From a virus (Duplodnaviria > Caudoviricetes): a DNA stretch of 64,000 bases. The notes under the pieces were generated by a model, which made no database searches, was not told the DNA's origin, and saw nothing but the letters and a program-made list of their open reading frames with translations. Position numbers and translations under genes: made by a program. Location: IMG/VR virus record IMGVR_UViG_3300029982_000009; one strand, written 5' to 3'. How positions within the stretch are numbered: position 1 is the stretch's first letter; every line of letters starts with the position of its first letter. Shown one piece after another: positions 28,764-38,722 of the stretch.

Positions 28764-30998
28764 TTATGCATTTTGCGCCGAACTACCTAACTGAACAGAG
28801 CTTGCTCCTAGATCATAATATGAACTAGCAGTCGTTCCATTCGCATCAGCGGTTCTAGCCCCGGTATTAGACGGTAGATTATGTAAAATTTTATAAAGGT
28901 TTGCAGCGCCACCGACCCCCACTAAGTGGGCCGCCATTAAAAATCCACCACGATCTTCAATAGAGCTATTACTATTTAAAACATTCATTGATGATAATGA
29001 TTGACAATTTTTTTTCATTAATTGTAGCATGGCCTGTTCTTGGGCCATTGTGTTACTAAACCAAGATTGAGAAGAATTGCATCCATTTAATCCTGACCAA
29101 TTTGCTGGATTACTAATAACCTGAGAATTAGTTCCGTGTTTAGAACTACCGGGTTTTAAATAACCACATGTTTCTAAAGCGGCTGCTCCAAATTGATATT
29201 TTCCTACAAATCCTAATTGATTTTGGGCTGAATAATTTCCACCCGATTCACGCTGCCCAATTTGAGCCATAAGCGCCTGTGTTTCCTTTACAGTGAGACC
29301 GCAAACTGGCCCAACTACTGGTTGTTTAGCGATGTCTGCTTCTGTTATTGAATGCCCTTTTGTTGTTCCTCTCACGCCTGATCTTGTTGTTCCTGTTTGC
29401 GGTCGAGTAATTTCTGATCCTGAGAAAGTTCCTTGTGTAACATTAAATGTTTTGATACCGTTTATTTCGTGCCCAGGCCAGGGTTCATGCGCCGGCGCCC
29501 TTTCACATATAGATTTAAAATTACCAGTTTGCCACCATGCTAGTGAGCCAGCAAGCTGTCCTACTTCTAACTGATTATTTGTTTCTATCGCACCGGGGTC
29601 AGATACTTGCGAAGGTTGCCCACCGTTAAGATTAACTGGAGCTGCGGTTACATTAAAAGCTGCGCCTGCGGTTATATTGGTTGCTGCTTTTGATGATAAT
29701 GAAATAGCGCCACCGGACCCTATTTTAATATCACCCGTAGAATTATAAATGGTAGACGCCCGTTGAGAACGAGCAGAAAATGTACCAGCACTATCGATTT
29801 TAGTATCTGATCCACTATGCATTTTGATACTGCCCGCAGCATTTAGATTAATATCTTTGTCAGCGTGGAAATTAATATTTCCTTGGCTGCGTACAGAAAA
29901 ATCCGAGGCAGAAAAAATATCTATAAAGCCAGAAGGGGATAACTCTACCCAAGCGGTTCCCGAACTGTTAATAACATAAATTTGACCATTTGTATCATCT
30001 AATAGAATTTCATTGCCTGAGGTTGATCGAATTCTTATACCTTGATCTTGGCCGTCAATAGTGCCGTCATCCATGACAAATTGATGACCTCCGGTACGAT
30101 AAGCACACGATAATGCTTTTGTTAATGCCGGGTCATCTACTTGTGGGTTTGAATTTACATAATTGTTAATTAAATCAATTATGGTAGCACTTTGCGTAAC
30201 ATTTGCAAAACTACTTAACCTACCGGGAGTACTTATACCAAATACCTGACTAGGATTTTCTCTAATGCTGGAAGCACTAGTACTGCCGCGGATAAAATCA
30301 AATGCCAATCCTTGTATTCCTAATTGTTTCGATTGAAATACCTGGGGAACCATTTGTACAGAGGTTACTGCGGTAGGACTAACATTTGCCTGCGCGGTTA
30401 AAACTGGTTCACTTACCGGCAAACGATATGGAATTTCTTGCTGCCCAGCCACATTCAATTGAATATATTGTTGTAACATCGTATGTGTTGGTATTGCGTT
30501 AGCACCTGATGGTTGCCAGATATATCCGCCATCATTGGGGCCAGTGGATGCTGTTACCGCACCAATAGCGGGAACCATGTGCGCGTTAACTGATTCTTGG
30601 ATGCAGGCAAACCAATATCCTTGAGACACATCACCGTTCACAAAAATAATTAGTACCTGCCCGTTTAGATCTGGTGGTACAGCCCAGAAGCCGTACGATT
30701 GAAAACTATTTTCATCGGTGTTATTAAAATCTATAGTAGGATCTATATATGAATCAACTGATACACGCTGCCGTGTCTGTCCTCGAAAAGGGCTAGCATA
30801 TGATACCGTAATCCATCCCAATGGATCATTTTCATTTGCCGCTCCAAATTGGGGAATGTACACTTGCAGCCGTCCGCTTCTAGTCGGATCAATATTATTT
30901 TTGATTATACCTATATAGGGACCCGGACTACGAAATTGGCCGGAATTATCGGATCGAGTATATGGTGCTGCCTTACTTCCTATACGTCTATTTTCCAT
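28764..30998 (-). CDS. baseplate hub/spike (gp5/VgrG-like) with C-terminal lysozyme-like domain
   Basis: IKNNIDPTRSGRLQVYIP OB-fold, SYGFWAVPPD, GHQFVMDDG, beta-repeat region, RESGGNYSA.N..G..GKYQF. Confidence 0.85.
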   Translation of the reverse strand: MENRRIGSKAAPYTRSDNSGQFRSPGPYIGIIKNNIDPTRSGRLQVYIPQFGAANENDPLGWITVSYASPFRGQTRQRVSVDSYIDPTIDFNNTDENSFQSYGFWAVPPDLNGQVLIIFVNGDVSQGYWFACIQESVNAHMVPAIGAVTASTGPNDGGYIWQPSGANAIPTHTMLQQYIQLNVAGQQEIPYRLPVSEPVLTAQANVSPTAVTSVQMVPQVFQSKQLGIQGLAFDFIRGSTSASSIRENPSQVFGISTPGRLSSFANVTQSATIIDLINNYVNSNPQVDDPALTKALSCAYRTGGHQFVMDDGTIDGQDQGIRIRSTSGNEILLDDTNGQIYVINSSGTAWVELSPSGFIDIFSASDFSVRSQGNINFHADKDINLNAAGSIKMHSGSDTKIDSAGTFSARSQRASTIYNSTGDIKIGSGGAISLSSKAATNITAGAAFNVTAAPVNLNGGQPSQVSDPGAIETNNQLEVGQLAGSLAWWQTGNFKSICERAPAHEPWPGHEINGIKTFNVTQGTFSGSEITRPQTGTTRSGVRGTTKGHSITEADIAKQPVVGPVCGLTVKETQALMAQIGQRESGGNYSAQNQLGFVGKYQFGAAALETCGYLKPGSSKHGTNSQVISNPANWSGLNGCNSSQSWFSNTMAQEQAMLQLMKKNCQSLSSMNVLNSNSSIEDRGGFLMAAHLVGVGGAANLYKILHNLPSNTGARTADANGTTASSYYDLGASSVQLGSSAQNA

Positions 30999-31025
30999 TT
31001 ATTCCTCTATACTCGTATTTATAAA

Positions 31026-31682
31026 TTACCAAATATGCTTAATAGCCCAATGAATAAATCCGTGTGGGTTATTCACATCTGTAAGTAATTGATTTGTTTG
31101 CCCTGTGATTTTTACACTATTATCTAATAAACTATTAATGTGCTCGGGCATTTGTTTTATGTTATTATCAGTTTCGAACGAATCAAGATCAGATAAATTT
31201 TTAGTGACCTGAGTAAGTACTGGATTGAAATTTTTTACGGTACCATTTGTTGTTATTAAAAAATCATTTACATTTGTTGATATAGAATCGGTATTTTTAG
31301 AAATTTGGGGAACCGCAGCATTAACTAACGTTATTGTGTCATTTGCAGACGCAGTTAATGAATTAATATTATCTAACATAGTATTGATTTTTTTAGTAGA
31401 AACAGGGGCGACATTGTCGAAATATGTTTTTTCACTAAGCGCAGCATTATTAAGATTGTAAAGTGTAGTATGCAGATCCCACAAATCTTGATTAAGCACT
31501 ACTATCGGGCCAGAAGGAGAATTTATAGTTGAAAGGAGCGTATCTATTTTTTTAGTTAATTGATATTCTTCTATTGGGGTTGCTATGAAAAATATTCCCA
31601 TTGATATTGCGCAGAAGGTAATAGCTAGCCAACCTAAAATTTTTGAACATGTAAGAATTTTATTTTCCATATTATTCCTCAA
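31026..31682 (-). CDS. membrane-anchored coiled-coil protein (spanin- or MlaD-like)
   Basis: N-terminal TM helix followed by heptad-like Asn/Thr-rich segment. Confidence 0.5.
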   Translation of the reverse strand: MRNNMENKILTCSKILGWLAITFCAISMGIFFIATPIEEYQLTKKIDTLLSTINSPSGPIVVLNQDLWDLHTTLYNLNNAALSEKTYFDNVAPVSTKKINTMLDNINSLTASANDTITLVNAAVPQISKNTDSISTNVNDFLITTNGTVKNFNPVLTQVTKNLSDLDSFETDNNIKQMPEHINSLLDNSVKITGQTNQLLTDVNNPHGFIHWAIKHIW

Positions 31683-31716
31683 TTAAAAAGGGACCCGATG
31701 AGGTCCCTTTTTAATT
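31681..31716. terminator. intrinsic terminator-like hairpin
   Basis: AATTAAAAAGGGACC-CGATGA-GGTCCCTTTTTAATT. Confidence 0.75.
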
Positions 31717-31730
31717 AACTAAAAATTAAT

Positions 31731-32162
31731 TTATGCAACTGGTACAGCGGTAACAACCTTAGGAATAACGGCAAGAATTGCATCTAGCTCGCCAATGAAA
31801 AGGTCAACATAGTTAGTAATAGTAGCAACTTTAGCTGAATTTTTGATAGCCGCTAACGATAGTAATGCTCCTAAATTTGTCTTAAGTGCGTTAAGTGCGT
31901 CAGATAGATTTGTGCTTGCGTCTTCGGCCTGAATGAATTTAGTTGCTAACACTAGACCATTCTGAATGACGGTGACGGCAGCGGTAACTTCAGCATCAAC
32001 AGATGTTCCGCCGACAGAAGTAACAATACTTTCAAGAATTGGGCTTACAAAAGCAATATCGGTTTCTGCAACCTGTGCCCAAGATGGTTCTGATTTGAAT
32101 AGTTTCTTAAATAGGTTTTCGATATCTTCGAAGTGAGTTTTAAAAGATAAAATAAAAGACAT
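31731..32162 (-). CDS. hypothetical protein (amphipathic helical)
   Basis: ORF-track 31731..32294; AAGGAG RBS favours ATG at 32162. Confidence 0.65.
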   Translation of the reverse strand: MSFILSFKTHFEDIENLFKKLFKSEPSWAQVAETDIAFVSPILESIVTSVGGTSVDAEVTAAVTVIQNGLVLATKFIQAEDASTNLSDALNALKTNLGALLSLAAIKNSAKVATITNYVDLFIGELDAILAVIPKVVTAVPVA

Positions 32163-32271
32163 GTTGATCTCCTTAATAGTTACAATTGTTTTTTCAATTG
32201 TGTTGTTTAAAATTGTTTCTGAAACAGCTTTCTGCACAGTTTCAACTGGTGACGTATGAGAGAGAAAATGA

Positions 32272-32829
32272 CTAAATATGTTTTTTAATGTCATAAGGAA
32301 TGCCCGCCGCGTGCATCAAGGTTTGAATCAATGGATCAGTTGATACATAACTTTCAGTTTTAATTCCCGCCGCCTGTTTTAAATTATCAATTGGCCTATT
32401 AATTTGTTCTCTGTAGTTACGCGGGCTTAACGGAACAAATAATTTTAAATTCTTTTCGGATAATGGATGATATTCGTCATCCATATATTTAAATTTCCAT
32501 TCATTTTGTTTTAGTTGTGACGCAGCCGATAAGTCTGAAATTAGTTGGAATATCTGGGTAATGAGGCGTCTTCGTCGTAAAATTTCTACATAAACTAAAT
32601 AGCTACCGGGTTTAATTTCTGATGCAGAAATGTCGGCATCCAAAATAAAATCGTAACCATTTTCAAAAAAACCAATTACATCAAGAGCTGCTCGCTTATC
32701 ATTAACCAAGAAACTTATAACGGCAATTTCATCATCTTTACCAATTTTAGAGCAAAATTCGTCGATGTGGATCGAGGGCTCGAGCACGAATTTTAAATCA
32801 GAGATTTCAAAAGATTCTAATACTTTCAT
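32272..32829 (-). CDS. conserved jumbo-phage hypothetical protein
   Basis: IHIDEF.SKIG.DDEI.V.SF...FFE.GYDFILDAD.S motif; TATAAATA and GGGAG upstream of ATG 32829. Confidence 0.75.
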   Translation of the reverse strand: MKVLESFEISDLKFVLEPSIHIDEFCSKIGKDDEIAVISFLVNDKRAALDVIGFFENGYDFILDADISASEIKPGSYLVYVEILRRRRLITQIFQLISDLSAASQLKQNEWKFKYMDDEYHPLSEKNLKLFVPLSPRNYREQINRPIDNLKQAAGIKTESYVSTDPLIQTLMHAAGIPYDIKKHI

Positions 32830-32862
32830 TTCACTCCCATGCAACTATATTTATAGTCTAAG

Positions 32863-33414
32863 CTATTGGGCAGCCTGATTTTGTTCTTCGGCCGCTTTCT
32901 GTGCGCCCGCGTGAGTATCAAGATCTTCTGAGTAGGCTTTCTCAATATTAGTTGAGTCGATATCATCCATATCGATTTCAGAATCCATAATTTCTTCGCT
33001 TCCTTGGGTAATGTCTTTCATTAGGAATCGTGGCATATTGATAGTTATTAGCCAAACAAGCATTTTTTTAAGTTTTGCTTTTTTAATTTTTGGACGAAAA
33101 TCATCGGCGTCTTCAATTTTTACAGGATATACAAGCCATGCTTTTCTATACCCAACTTTAACTCCATATGGTAATAATCTAGAGGCGCCGGATGGGTCCG
33201 GCATTTTGGATAACGGTGATGAAAATGTACATTGGACTCGGTATGCAGCAATTTCGGGGCCCGCTACTAACTCTAGTGTCTTCCAATTATGAAAGGCATA
33301 TAACCCATTTTCATCAATAACTCGTTCAAATTCTCGAAGAATAGACATAGCGCTTGCACTTATTGAGACTTGCCTAATATTATCGAGAATTTCGCTTATT
33401 TTAATATTTGCCAT
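32863..33414 (-). CDS. conserved jumbo-phage hypothetical protein
   Basis: L.EFERV.DE.GLYAF.NW...ELV.GP...MPDP.GA.RL motif; GATAAATA upstream. Confidence 0.75.
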   Translation of the reverse strand: MANIKISEILDNIRQVSISASAMSILREFERVIDENGLYAFHNWKTLELVAGPEIAAYRVQCTFSSPLSKMPDPSGASRLLPYGVKVGYRKAWLVYPVKIEDADDFRPKIKKAKLKKMLVWLITINMPRFLMKDITQGSEEIMDSEIDMDDIDSTNIEKAYSEDLDTHAGAQKAAEEQNQAAQ

Positions 33415-33555
33415 TGTTATCCTTCACGCATATTTATCAATGAATATCCCACGAACTTAGTTCGCATACAAGTATTTAGCATTTTTAAAGGAATAATTTG
33501 CATTGAAATGCTGCCGGTAAATACTTGGCAGGGTAATTTAGGGGAGACACTTCAT

Positions 33556-34308
33556 ATGTCGAGAACCAAAAAGGTACGCTCCAACAACGAGTTTTCAGAA
33601 TCAACTAAGAAAAACAACCCAGATACCGCTCATTATACAATTAAAACAGGAATTAAAAAGGCTGTTCAAATTATCCCACGCAATATTCACCAAGAAGAAT
33701 ATCTCGAGTATTTATTAAACCCAGAAAAAATGATTGTAATAGTACAAGGTCCAGCCGGCACTGGAAAAACAGTTATGGCGATGCTTGCTGCAATTAAGGC
33801 ATTTAGTGAAAAAAAAGTAAATAAAATTATTTTATGCCGTCCTTCAGTTGGAACCGATGATGAAAATCTCGGATTTCTACCGGGTGATATTAATGAAAAA
33901 TTAGCGCCGTGGCTTCAGGCATTATTTGATGTTCTTTTAGAGTATTTTTCTGCTAAAGAATTGGCAACAATGATTGAAAATAAACGGATCGAATGTTTAC
34001 CATTGATGTATGTGCGCGGACGAAATATTTCATCGTTCGTAATTTTAGATGAATCTCAAAATTGTTCTAAAAAACAAATTCTTGCTTTAGGTACTAGATT
34101 GTGTGAAGGTTCCAAATTAGTATTAACGGGAGATAATGATCAATCAGATAAACGTAGCGGAGATAATGGATTAAAATATTTTTCAGAGTCACTTAAAAAA
34201 TACGGTAGAAGTGAGTTTATTGCCAGTATTGAATTTTCGGAAAACGATATTGAAAGGCACCCTGTTGTAAAAGAAGTAATCGACATATTTAGAAAAGGGG
34301 AAGAATAA
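33556..34308 (+). CDS. phoH: PhoH-like ATPase
   Basis: GPAGTGKT, RPSV, GFLPG, RGR, LDESQN, GD..QSD, RHP motifs; start trimmed to ATG 33556 after GGGGAG. Confidence 0.93.
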   Translation: MSRTKKVRSNNEFSESTKKNNPDTAHYTIKTGIKKAVQIIPRNIHQEEYLEYLLNPEKMIVIVQGPAGTGKTVMAMLAAIKAFSEKKVNKIILCRPSVGTDDENLGFLPGDINEKLAPWLQALFDVLLEYFSAKELATMIENKRIECLPLMYVRGRNISSFVILDESQNCSKKQILALGTRLCEGSKLVLTGDNDQSDKRSGDNGLKYFSESLKKYGRSEFIASIEFSENDIERHPVVKEVIDIFRKGEE

Positions 34309-34316
34309 AATAAGAT

Positions 34317-34346
34317 AAAAACGGTGGCCTGACGGCCACCGTTTTT
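34317..34346. terminator. bidirectional terminator
   Basis: AAAAACGGTGGCC-TGAC-GGCCACCGTTTTT. Confidence 0.8.
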
Positions 34347-34908
34347 ATGATTCCAATATTGGATCAAAGCATTGCCGACATCGCGCCTCGTAAAGAGTAT
34401 CTGCCCCAACTAATACTCGACTAGTATCAGTGCTTAATCGTTGCGAATGAATTGCGGGTTCCCCGCATTTTACGCATACGGCTGATAATTTAATAACTTC
34501 GTCAGCAATAGCCATCAATTCTGGTATAGGATGAAATGGTTCCCCAGCAAAAGTTGTATCGAGTCCAGCGATAATAACTCTTTTTCCGGCACGTGCTAGT
34601 TCAATAGAAAATGATATTAGTTCATCCCCAAAAAATTGCGCTTCGTCAATTCCTATTACATCAAAATTATTAAGACATATTCCGGCAATAGTTTTTAGCT
34701 CGCCAGTAGTTTGAACTGTTTTCGCGGAGAAAGTTAATTTGCTGTGTGATGCAATATCGGTTACATTATATCTATTATCGATATTTGGTTTGAAACATTG
34801 TATTCGTTGTTTTGCAAAGGTAGCTCGGCGCAGCCGCCTTATTAATTCTTCGGATTTTCCTGAGAACATTGGCCCAGTTATTACTTCTATCCTACCGCTT
34901 TTCATCAT
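34345..34908 (-). CDS. tdk: thymidine kinase
   Basis: GPMFSGKSEELIRR, IDEAQF, AGLD..F.GEPF, C..C, YEARCRQC. Confidence 0.95.
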   Translation of the reverse strand: MMKSGRIEVITGPMFSGKSEELIRRLRRATFAKQRIQCFKPNIDNRYNVTDIASHSKLTFSAKTVQTTGELKTIAGICLNNFDVIGIDEAQFFGDELISFSIELARAGKRVIIAGLDTTFAGEPFHPIPELMAIADEVIKLSAVCVKCGEPAIHSQRLSTDTSRVLVGADTLYEARCRQCFDPILES

Positions 34909-35377
34909 GATCCTTTGATTCCGATATTAGTGTTTCTATTTGTTGCATTTGCTCGTTAAAAAATATTAATCCCCACTGAAATACTTTTTTTCTATCGGCA
35001 ATAGCCATAATACCCATTATGCGATCTTCTAAAATTTCATCTATAAAACCACACGAATTGGTTTCTTTAAACTGATCCGCGATAAAACCTTTTTTATCAA
35101 TATAACTGTGCGTTAACACTGCATTTGGGTGGGTATGAATAGTTCCAAAATATTTTAAATTTGTGCCCGCTTCTATTTCTTCCTCCGCACTCTGATAGGA
35201 AATTCCACGGGGGTTAGTTCTGTTAACCGATAAGTCGTCTAAGGCATAGATATAGAGCGTATCCATAACTTGCTTACCTAGTATGGCAGATATGCATTCG
35301 TTTGGATACGCTCTTAGCGCTTTTTGTTTAAATTCATTAACGATATCGTTATGAATAACAACTTGAGTTATGAACAA
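34892..35377 (-). CDS. JAB/MPN (JAMM) metalloprotease-like protein
   Basis: AYPNEC...GTIHTHPN....HS..D = E...HxH...S..D. Confidence 0.75.
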   Translation of the reverse strand: MFITQVVIHNDIVNEFKQKALRAYPNECISAILGKQVMDTLYIYALDDLSVNRTNPRGISYQSAEEEIEAGTNLKYFGTIHTHPNAVLTHSYIDKKGFIADQFKETNSCGFIDEILEDRIMGIMAIADRKKVFQWGLIFFNEQMQQIETLISESKDHDEKR

Positions 35378-35380
35378 GAA

Positions 35381-35677
35381 TTATTCCTCTGTGGTTAATT
35401 GCACCGCATCTAATTGTTCCGGATAAATTGCGTGAAAGTAGTCATATACATCTGAATAATTATCAGACGCAAATCGTGAATAATCACGGCATTTCTCTAT
35501 AGTTTTCTTTTTAAGATTTAACACGGTATCAGCTCTGTTTAATTCGGTAGCTCGCAAATTACGAACTAATGAGATATGTTCGTCCCTAGCTAAATTTCGT
35601 GAATCCGAGAAAAAATCTTTTTGACTAGTTGCCTTTTCATTAAGCGGTGCGATGAAAAATGTTGAAACTAAAAACAT
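35381..35677 (-). CDS. hypothetical protein
   Basis: 98 aa ORF with AAGGAG RBS. Confidence 0.7.
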   Translation of the reverse strand: MFLVSTFFIAPLNEKATSQKDFFSDSRNLARDEHISLVRNLRATELNRADTVLNLKKKTIEKCRDYSRFASDNYSDVYDYFHAIYPEQLDAVQLTTEE

Positions 35678-35687
35678 TTATTGCTCC

Positions 35688-36614
35688 TTATGTAAGTTGT
35701 GATAATTCGATAAGCACTGCGCTGCAAAGAATTTCGGCATCTGCGCATACTGGTATTTGAACCATTGCTTTACGAATAATTAGAATAGCTTGGTCAGTTA
35801 ATTCATTAGTATTACCCCATAAATCTAAATTATCATAGCAGAATCGGAAGAATGATTCTAATTCTTCTGGCCGAATTTGCTCGCAAATTAATTTACGTGC
35901 CTCTCTAATTTTTCCAGCCTTGAATAATGCGATAGCATCAATTTTATAATCACTTGATGAAGTACTTTCGTTTTGTTTCAACAGTTTTCCATCGACCGAA
36001 TTTAATTGACAGCTATTAATACCTTTTCGCAGGTCTGGCCAAGTGCCCCTTACATAGTCATCTAGGGTATCAAGGTCAAAGTCGATATTTTCTGTTAAAA
36101 GAATCTCTGCTAATTTAGAAGTAAAATCGGTAACATCCATTTTACAGATTTCAAGACTCTGTGTTCTACTGTGAATTGCCGGAATAATTCGATTTGGATA
36201 ATTACAGGTGAGGATGAATCGACTGGAGGATGCGTACTGCTCAAGAATACCCCTTAGTGCTGCTTGAGCAACGGGCGTTAGCCCGTCGGATTCGTCTAGA
36301 ACCACAACCTTCATTGTACCAAAGGGCATTGTGCTGGCAAAGGTTGTAATACGATCTCGCATAGTATCGATATTTCGTTCACGACTAGCGTTAATCCATA
36401 AAACGTCATATGGATCAATATGCAATTCGTTAATTAACATTGCGGCGGCGCTTGATTTACCGGTTCCGGGACTGCCATGTAGCAAGAGGTTCGGTAGATC
36501 TTTATTTTTTACAAATGCTTCGATCTGCAATTTTTGTTGTGGATTACTGAAAACATATTCCGAGAGTGTCTTAGGTCGATAACGTTCAGTCCAAAGACTA
36601 TGTTCAATATTCAT
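35688..36614 (-). CDS. sliding-clamp loader subunit (gp44/RFC small subunit-like)
   Basis: W.ERYRPKTL, GSPGTGKS, INAS, LDESD.LT..AQAALR, SR motif, DLRK.IN. Confidence 0.93.
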   Translation of the reverse strand: MNIEHSLWTERYRPKTLSEYVFSNPQQKLQIEAFVKNKDLPNLLLHGSPGTGKSSAAAMLINELHIDPYDVLWINASRERNIDTMRDRITTFASTMPFGTMKVVVLDESDGLTPVAQAALRGILEQYASSSRFILTCNYPNRIIPAIHSRTQSLEICKMDVTDFTSKLAEILLTENIDFDLDTLDDYVRGTWPDLRKGINSCQLNSVDGKLLKQNESTSSSDYKIDAIALFKAGKIREARKLICEQIRPEELESFFRFCYDNLDLWGNTNELTDQAILIIRKAMVQIPVCADAEILCSAVLIELSQLT

Positions 36615-36627
36615 AAGTCAATTATAC

Positions 36628-36999
36628 TTATTCCTTTCCATCAAAGCAAGAGATTTTTGCTAATTCATCTGAGTTAGAATATCCTAAAATTGCCTTAGGA
36701 TCTGCCCGACGGATGACAATATTTTGTTCTTTAAGTTGTACACCTCTAGACCACCGCCCGTGTTCCACTAATACCCATTGTCCCGGAATAAGATCATGAT
36801 TATCGTGGCCAACCGCATAGACTTTAGCCCACCGTGCATGAATACCACGGGATTTTTTATCATCGTCGATCAAGACAATTCCCATTGGGGTAATTTGTTC
36901 TCCAAAATATAAATCTTGAATAAGAACGTCCTTATGCAACGGAATAATTTCCTTAGCCGAAATAATCGGGGGAATTTCGTTTTGCTTCATTTCTTCCAT
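36628..36999 (-). CDS. groES: co-chaperonin GroES-like
   Basis: I.PLH..VLI...T..GIVL......A.VYAVG......G..VL pattern. Confidence 0.75.
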   Translation of the reverse strand: MEEMKQNEIPPIISAKEIIPLHKDVLIQDLYFGEQITPMGIVLIDDDKKSRGIHARWAKVYAVGHDNHDLIPGQWVLVEHGRWSRGVQLKEQNIVIRRADPKAILGYSNSDELAKISCFDGKE

Positions 37000-37268
37000 T
37001 ATTTCCTACCTTTTTTGTGGTGCTCGGGAAAATCAATTGGCTCTTCAGTCGATGTTGCATCCGATTTAGCTTGTGAAGATACTGGCTTATTTGATGGAAC
37101 CGTGGCATGTAGTTTAGCTGCTACCGGAGTTACCTGTGTTTGCTCTTCTTTAGCAGTAATTTTCTTAGATGGTTTTAATCCTACAGGTGTGGCATTTGGA
37201 TTTTGGTTTCTCATTGCCGACATATCAATCTTTTTGCCTAAGGCAGTTGTTACATAATGTTTTCCCAT
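36999..37268 (-). CDS. hypothetical protein
   Basis: T..GK.IDM..MR..N....VG motif; AAGGAG RBS. Confidence 0.7.
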   Translation of the reverse strand: MGKHYVTTALGKKIDMSAMRNQNPNATPVGLKPSKKITAKEEQTQVTPVAAKLHATVPSNKPVSSQAKSDATSTEEPIDFPEHHKKGRK

Positions 37269-37790
37269 TTATTTCTCCTTTAAAAATTCTTTATAATCTA
37301 GATTATAGAGTAGAGCATCAACGCGATGTATTTTTAATAAAAACAAACAATAAGATGAGCAAGAACTCCCACGGCCAACACCCCAGACAATATTATTTTT
37401 TTCGGCCGTATCTCGTAGATATTTAAGATATCGTAATAAATTTAATAAATTAAATTTTTTGTATAGCGTTAATTCTTCTTGCACTCTAAGTCGTTGGTCG
37501 TCGGTTGCGCACTGATTATATAGCCATAATTCGATATCAAATTGTGAATATTCTTCTGGCATTAACCAGATCTGTTGAAGCTGAGTATGATATTCTTCTG
37601 GAGTAGTTTCTCGAATATTATTCCATAAATTAACATTCGGCATAGCAAGAAAAGTTTCTTTTTTTGCTTGAATATATTTTTGCCCATTTTTCAAGAATAT
37701 ATTTTCAAAATCTAAATCGGGGTTTTTACGAAGTGCCTCGCAGATTTCTTCTTCTGTATATTCGATTTCACCATACTCGTCAATTTGCAT
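37269..37790 (-). CDS. stand-alone DNA polymerase III alpha-like fragment
   Basis: RVQEEL......LLRYL.YL.D......IVWGVGRGSS.SSY.LFLL.IH.VD...YNL resembles DnaE palm region. Confidence 0.75.
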   Translation of the reverse strand: MQIDEYGEIEYTEEEICEALRKNPDLDFENIFLKNGQKYIQAKKETFLAMPNVNLWNNIRETTPEEYHTQLQQIWLMPEEYSQFDIELWLYNQCATDDQRLRVQEELTLYKKFNLLNLLRYLKYLRDTAEKNNIVWGVGRGSSCSSYCLFLLKIHRVDALLYNLDYKEFLKEK

Positions 37791-38470
37791 TACTTATCCT
37801 TATCGTCGTCTTTCTTAATTCCACCTTCTAAAACAAATATTTTTGGATTTTTCTTTTTTGTTTCAGGATCAAAAATAATTTCTAATAATTCTTCGTCTTC
37901 ATCATTGGAAGTATTTTCTAATATATCTGCATATATAGTATCCCAATCGAGGTCTAAATCTTTCCAGGAAATATTATCGGCTGTTTGCTTAATATCCGCG
38001 GTTGTAATATCTGATCTATCCCACCAGGCGGTTGGGTGTTCGTCTGTAATATATGCGTAATCTGGAAAATTATTGTAGTCTTCGATGGTGTACATTATAT
38101 TATCGGATAGCTCACTTCCAATTATAACACTTTCTATTTCAAAATTCTCTTCTGTTATTGCAGAAAATTTTTGAAATAACATAATGCCGAGGATTTGATC
38201 ATATGGCTCTTCCGGTAAAAACACTAGATGATTATTGCCAAACATTTCCGATAATTTTAAAATATGTGGATTTTCGGAATTTAATATAATACTATTTTCA
38301 AAAATTTCTCTCATAAAAAATAAAATTCGTTGGAGAGCGATATTCTGATAATTGCTATTTTCTGTAGCAGTAATAACATTAACCTTCATTGTATACCGAT
38401 TTGGCAGAAGTCTATCACCATCACAAATAATAGCAGAAAAATTTAAATCGTAACTAAGTCTAACATTCAT
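37790..38470 (-). CDS. conserved jumbo-phage hypothetical protein
   Basis: LPEEPYDQI.GIMLF.K motif; acidic C-terminus. Confidence 0.7.
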   Translation of the reverse strand: MNVRLSYDLNFSAIICDGDRLLPNRYTMKVNVITATENSNYQNIALQRILFFMREIFENSIILNSENPHILKLSEMFGNNHLVFLPEEPYDQILGIMLFQKFSAITEENFEIESVIIGSELSDNIMYTIEDYNNFPDYAYITDEHPTAWWDRSDITTADIKQTADNISWKDLDLDWDTIYADILENTSNDEDEELLEIIFDPETKKKNPKIFVLEGGIKKDDDKDK

Positions 38471-38479
38471 AAGAGGCCC

Positions 38480-38722
38480 CTATCCGATGTTAAGTACACA
38501 CCCATCATTATCGTCTTCTTCTTTTTTCATATTACGTTTTTTTGTATATTCTTCTAATTTTTTATCAGAACGCTCACTCTGCTCGTCGATATATTGGCCT
38601 AACAGATTCTGGGCTTGCAGTGATAAATTTTGATTTAATGAAAATATAATTTTTTGAAGAGCTAGTATTTTTGAATCTAGCTCTTCATCCGTTAATTTTT
38701 CTAGTAATACATCTATTCCCAT
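38480..38722 (-). CDS. hypothetical protein
   Basis: 80 aa helical ORF in operon. Confidence 0.65.
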   Translation of the reverse strand: MGIDVLLEKLTDEELDSKILALQKIIFSLNQNLSLQAQNLLGQYIDEQSERSDKKLEEYTKKRNMKKEEDDNDGCVLNIG

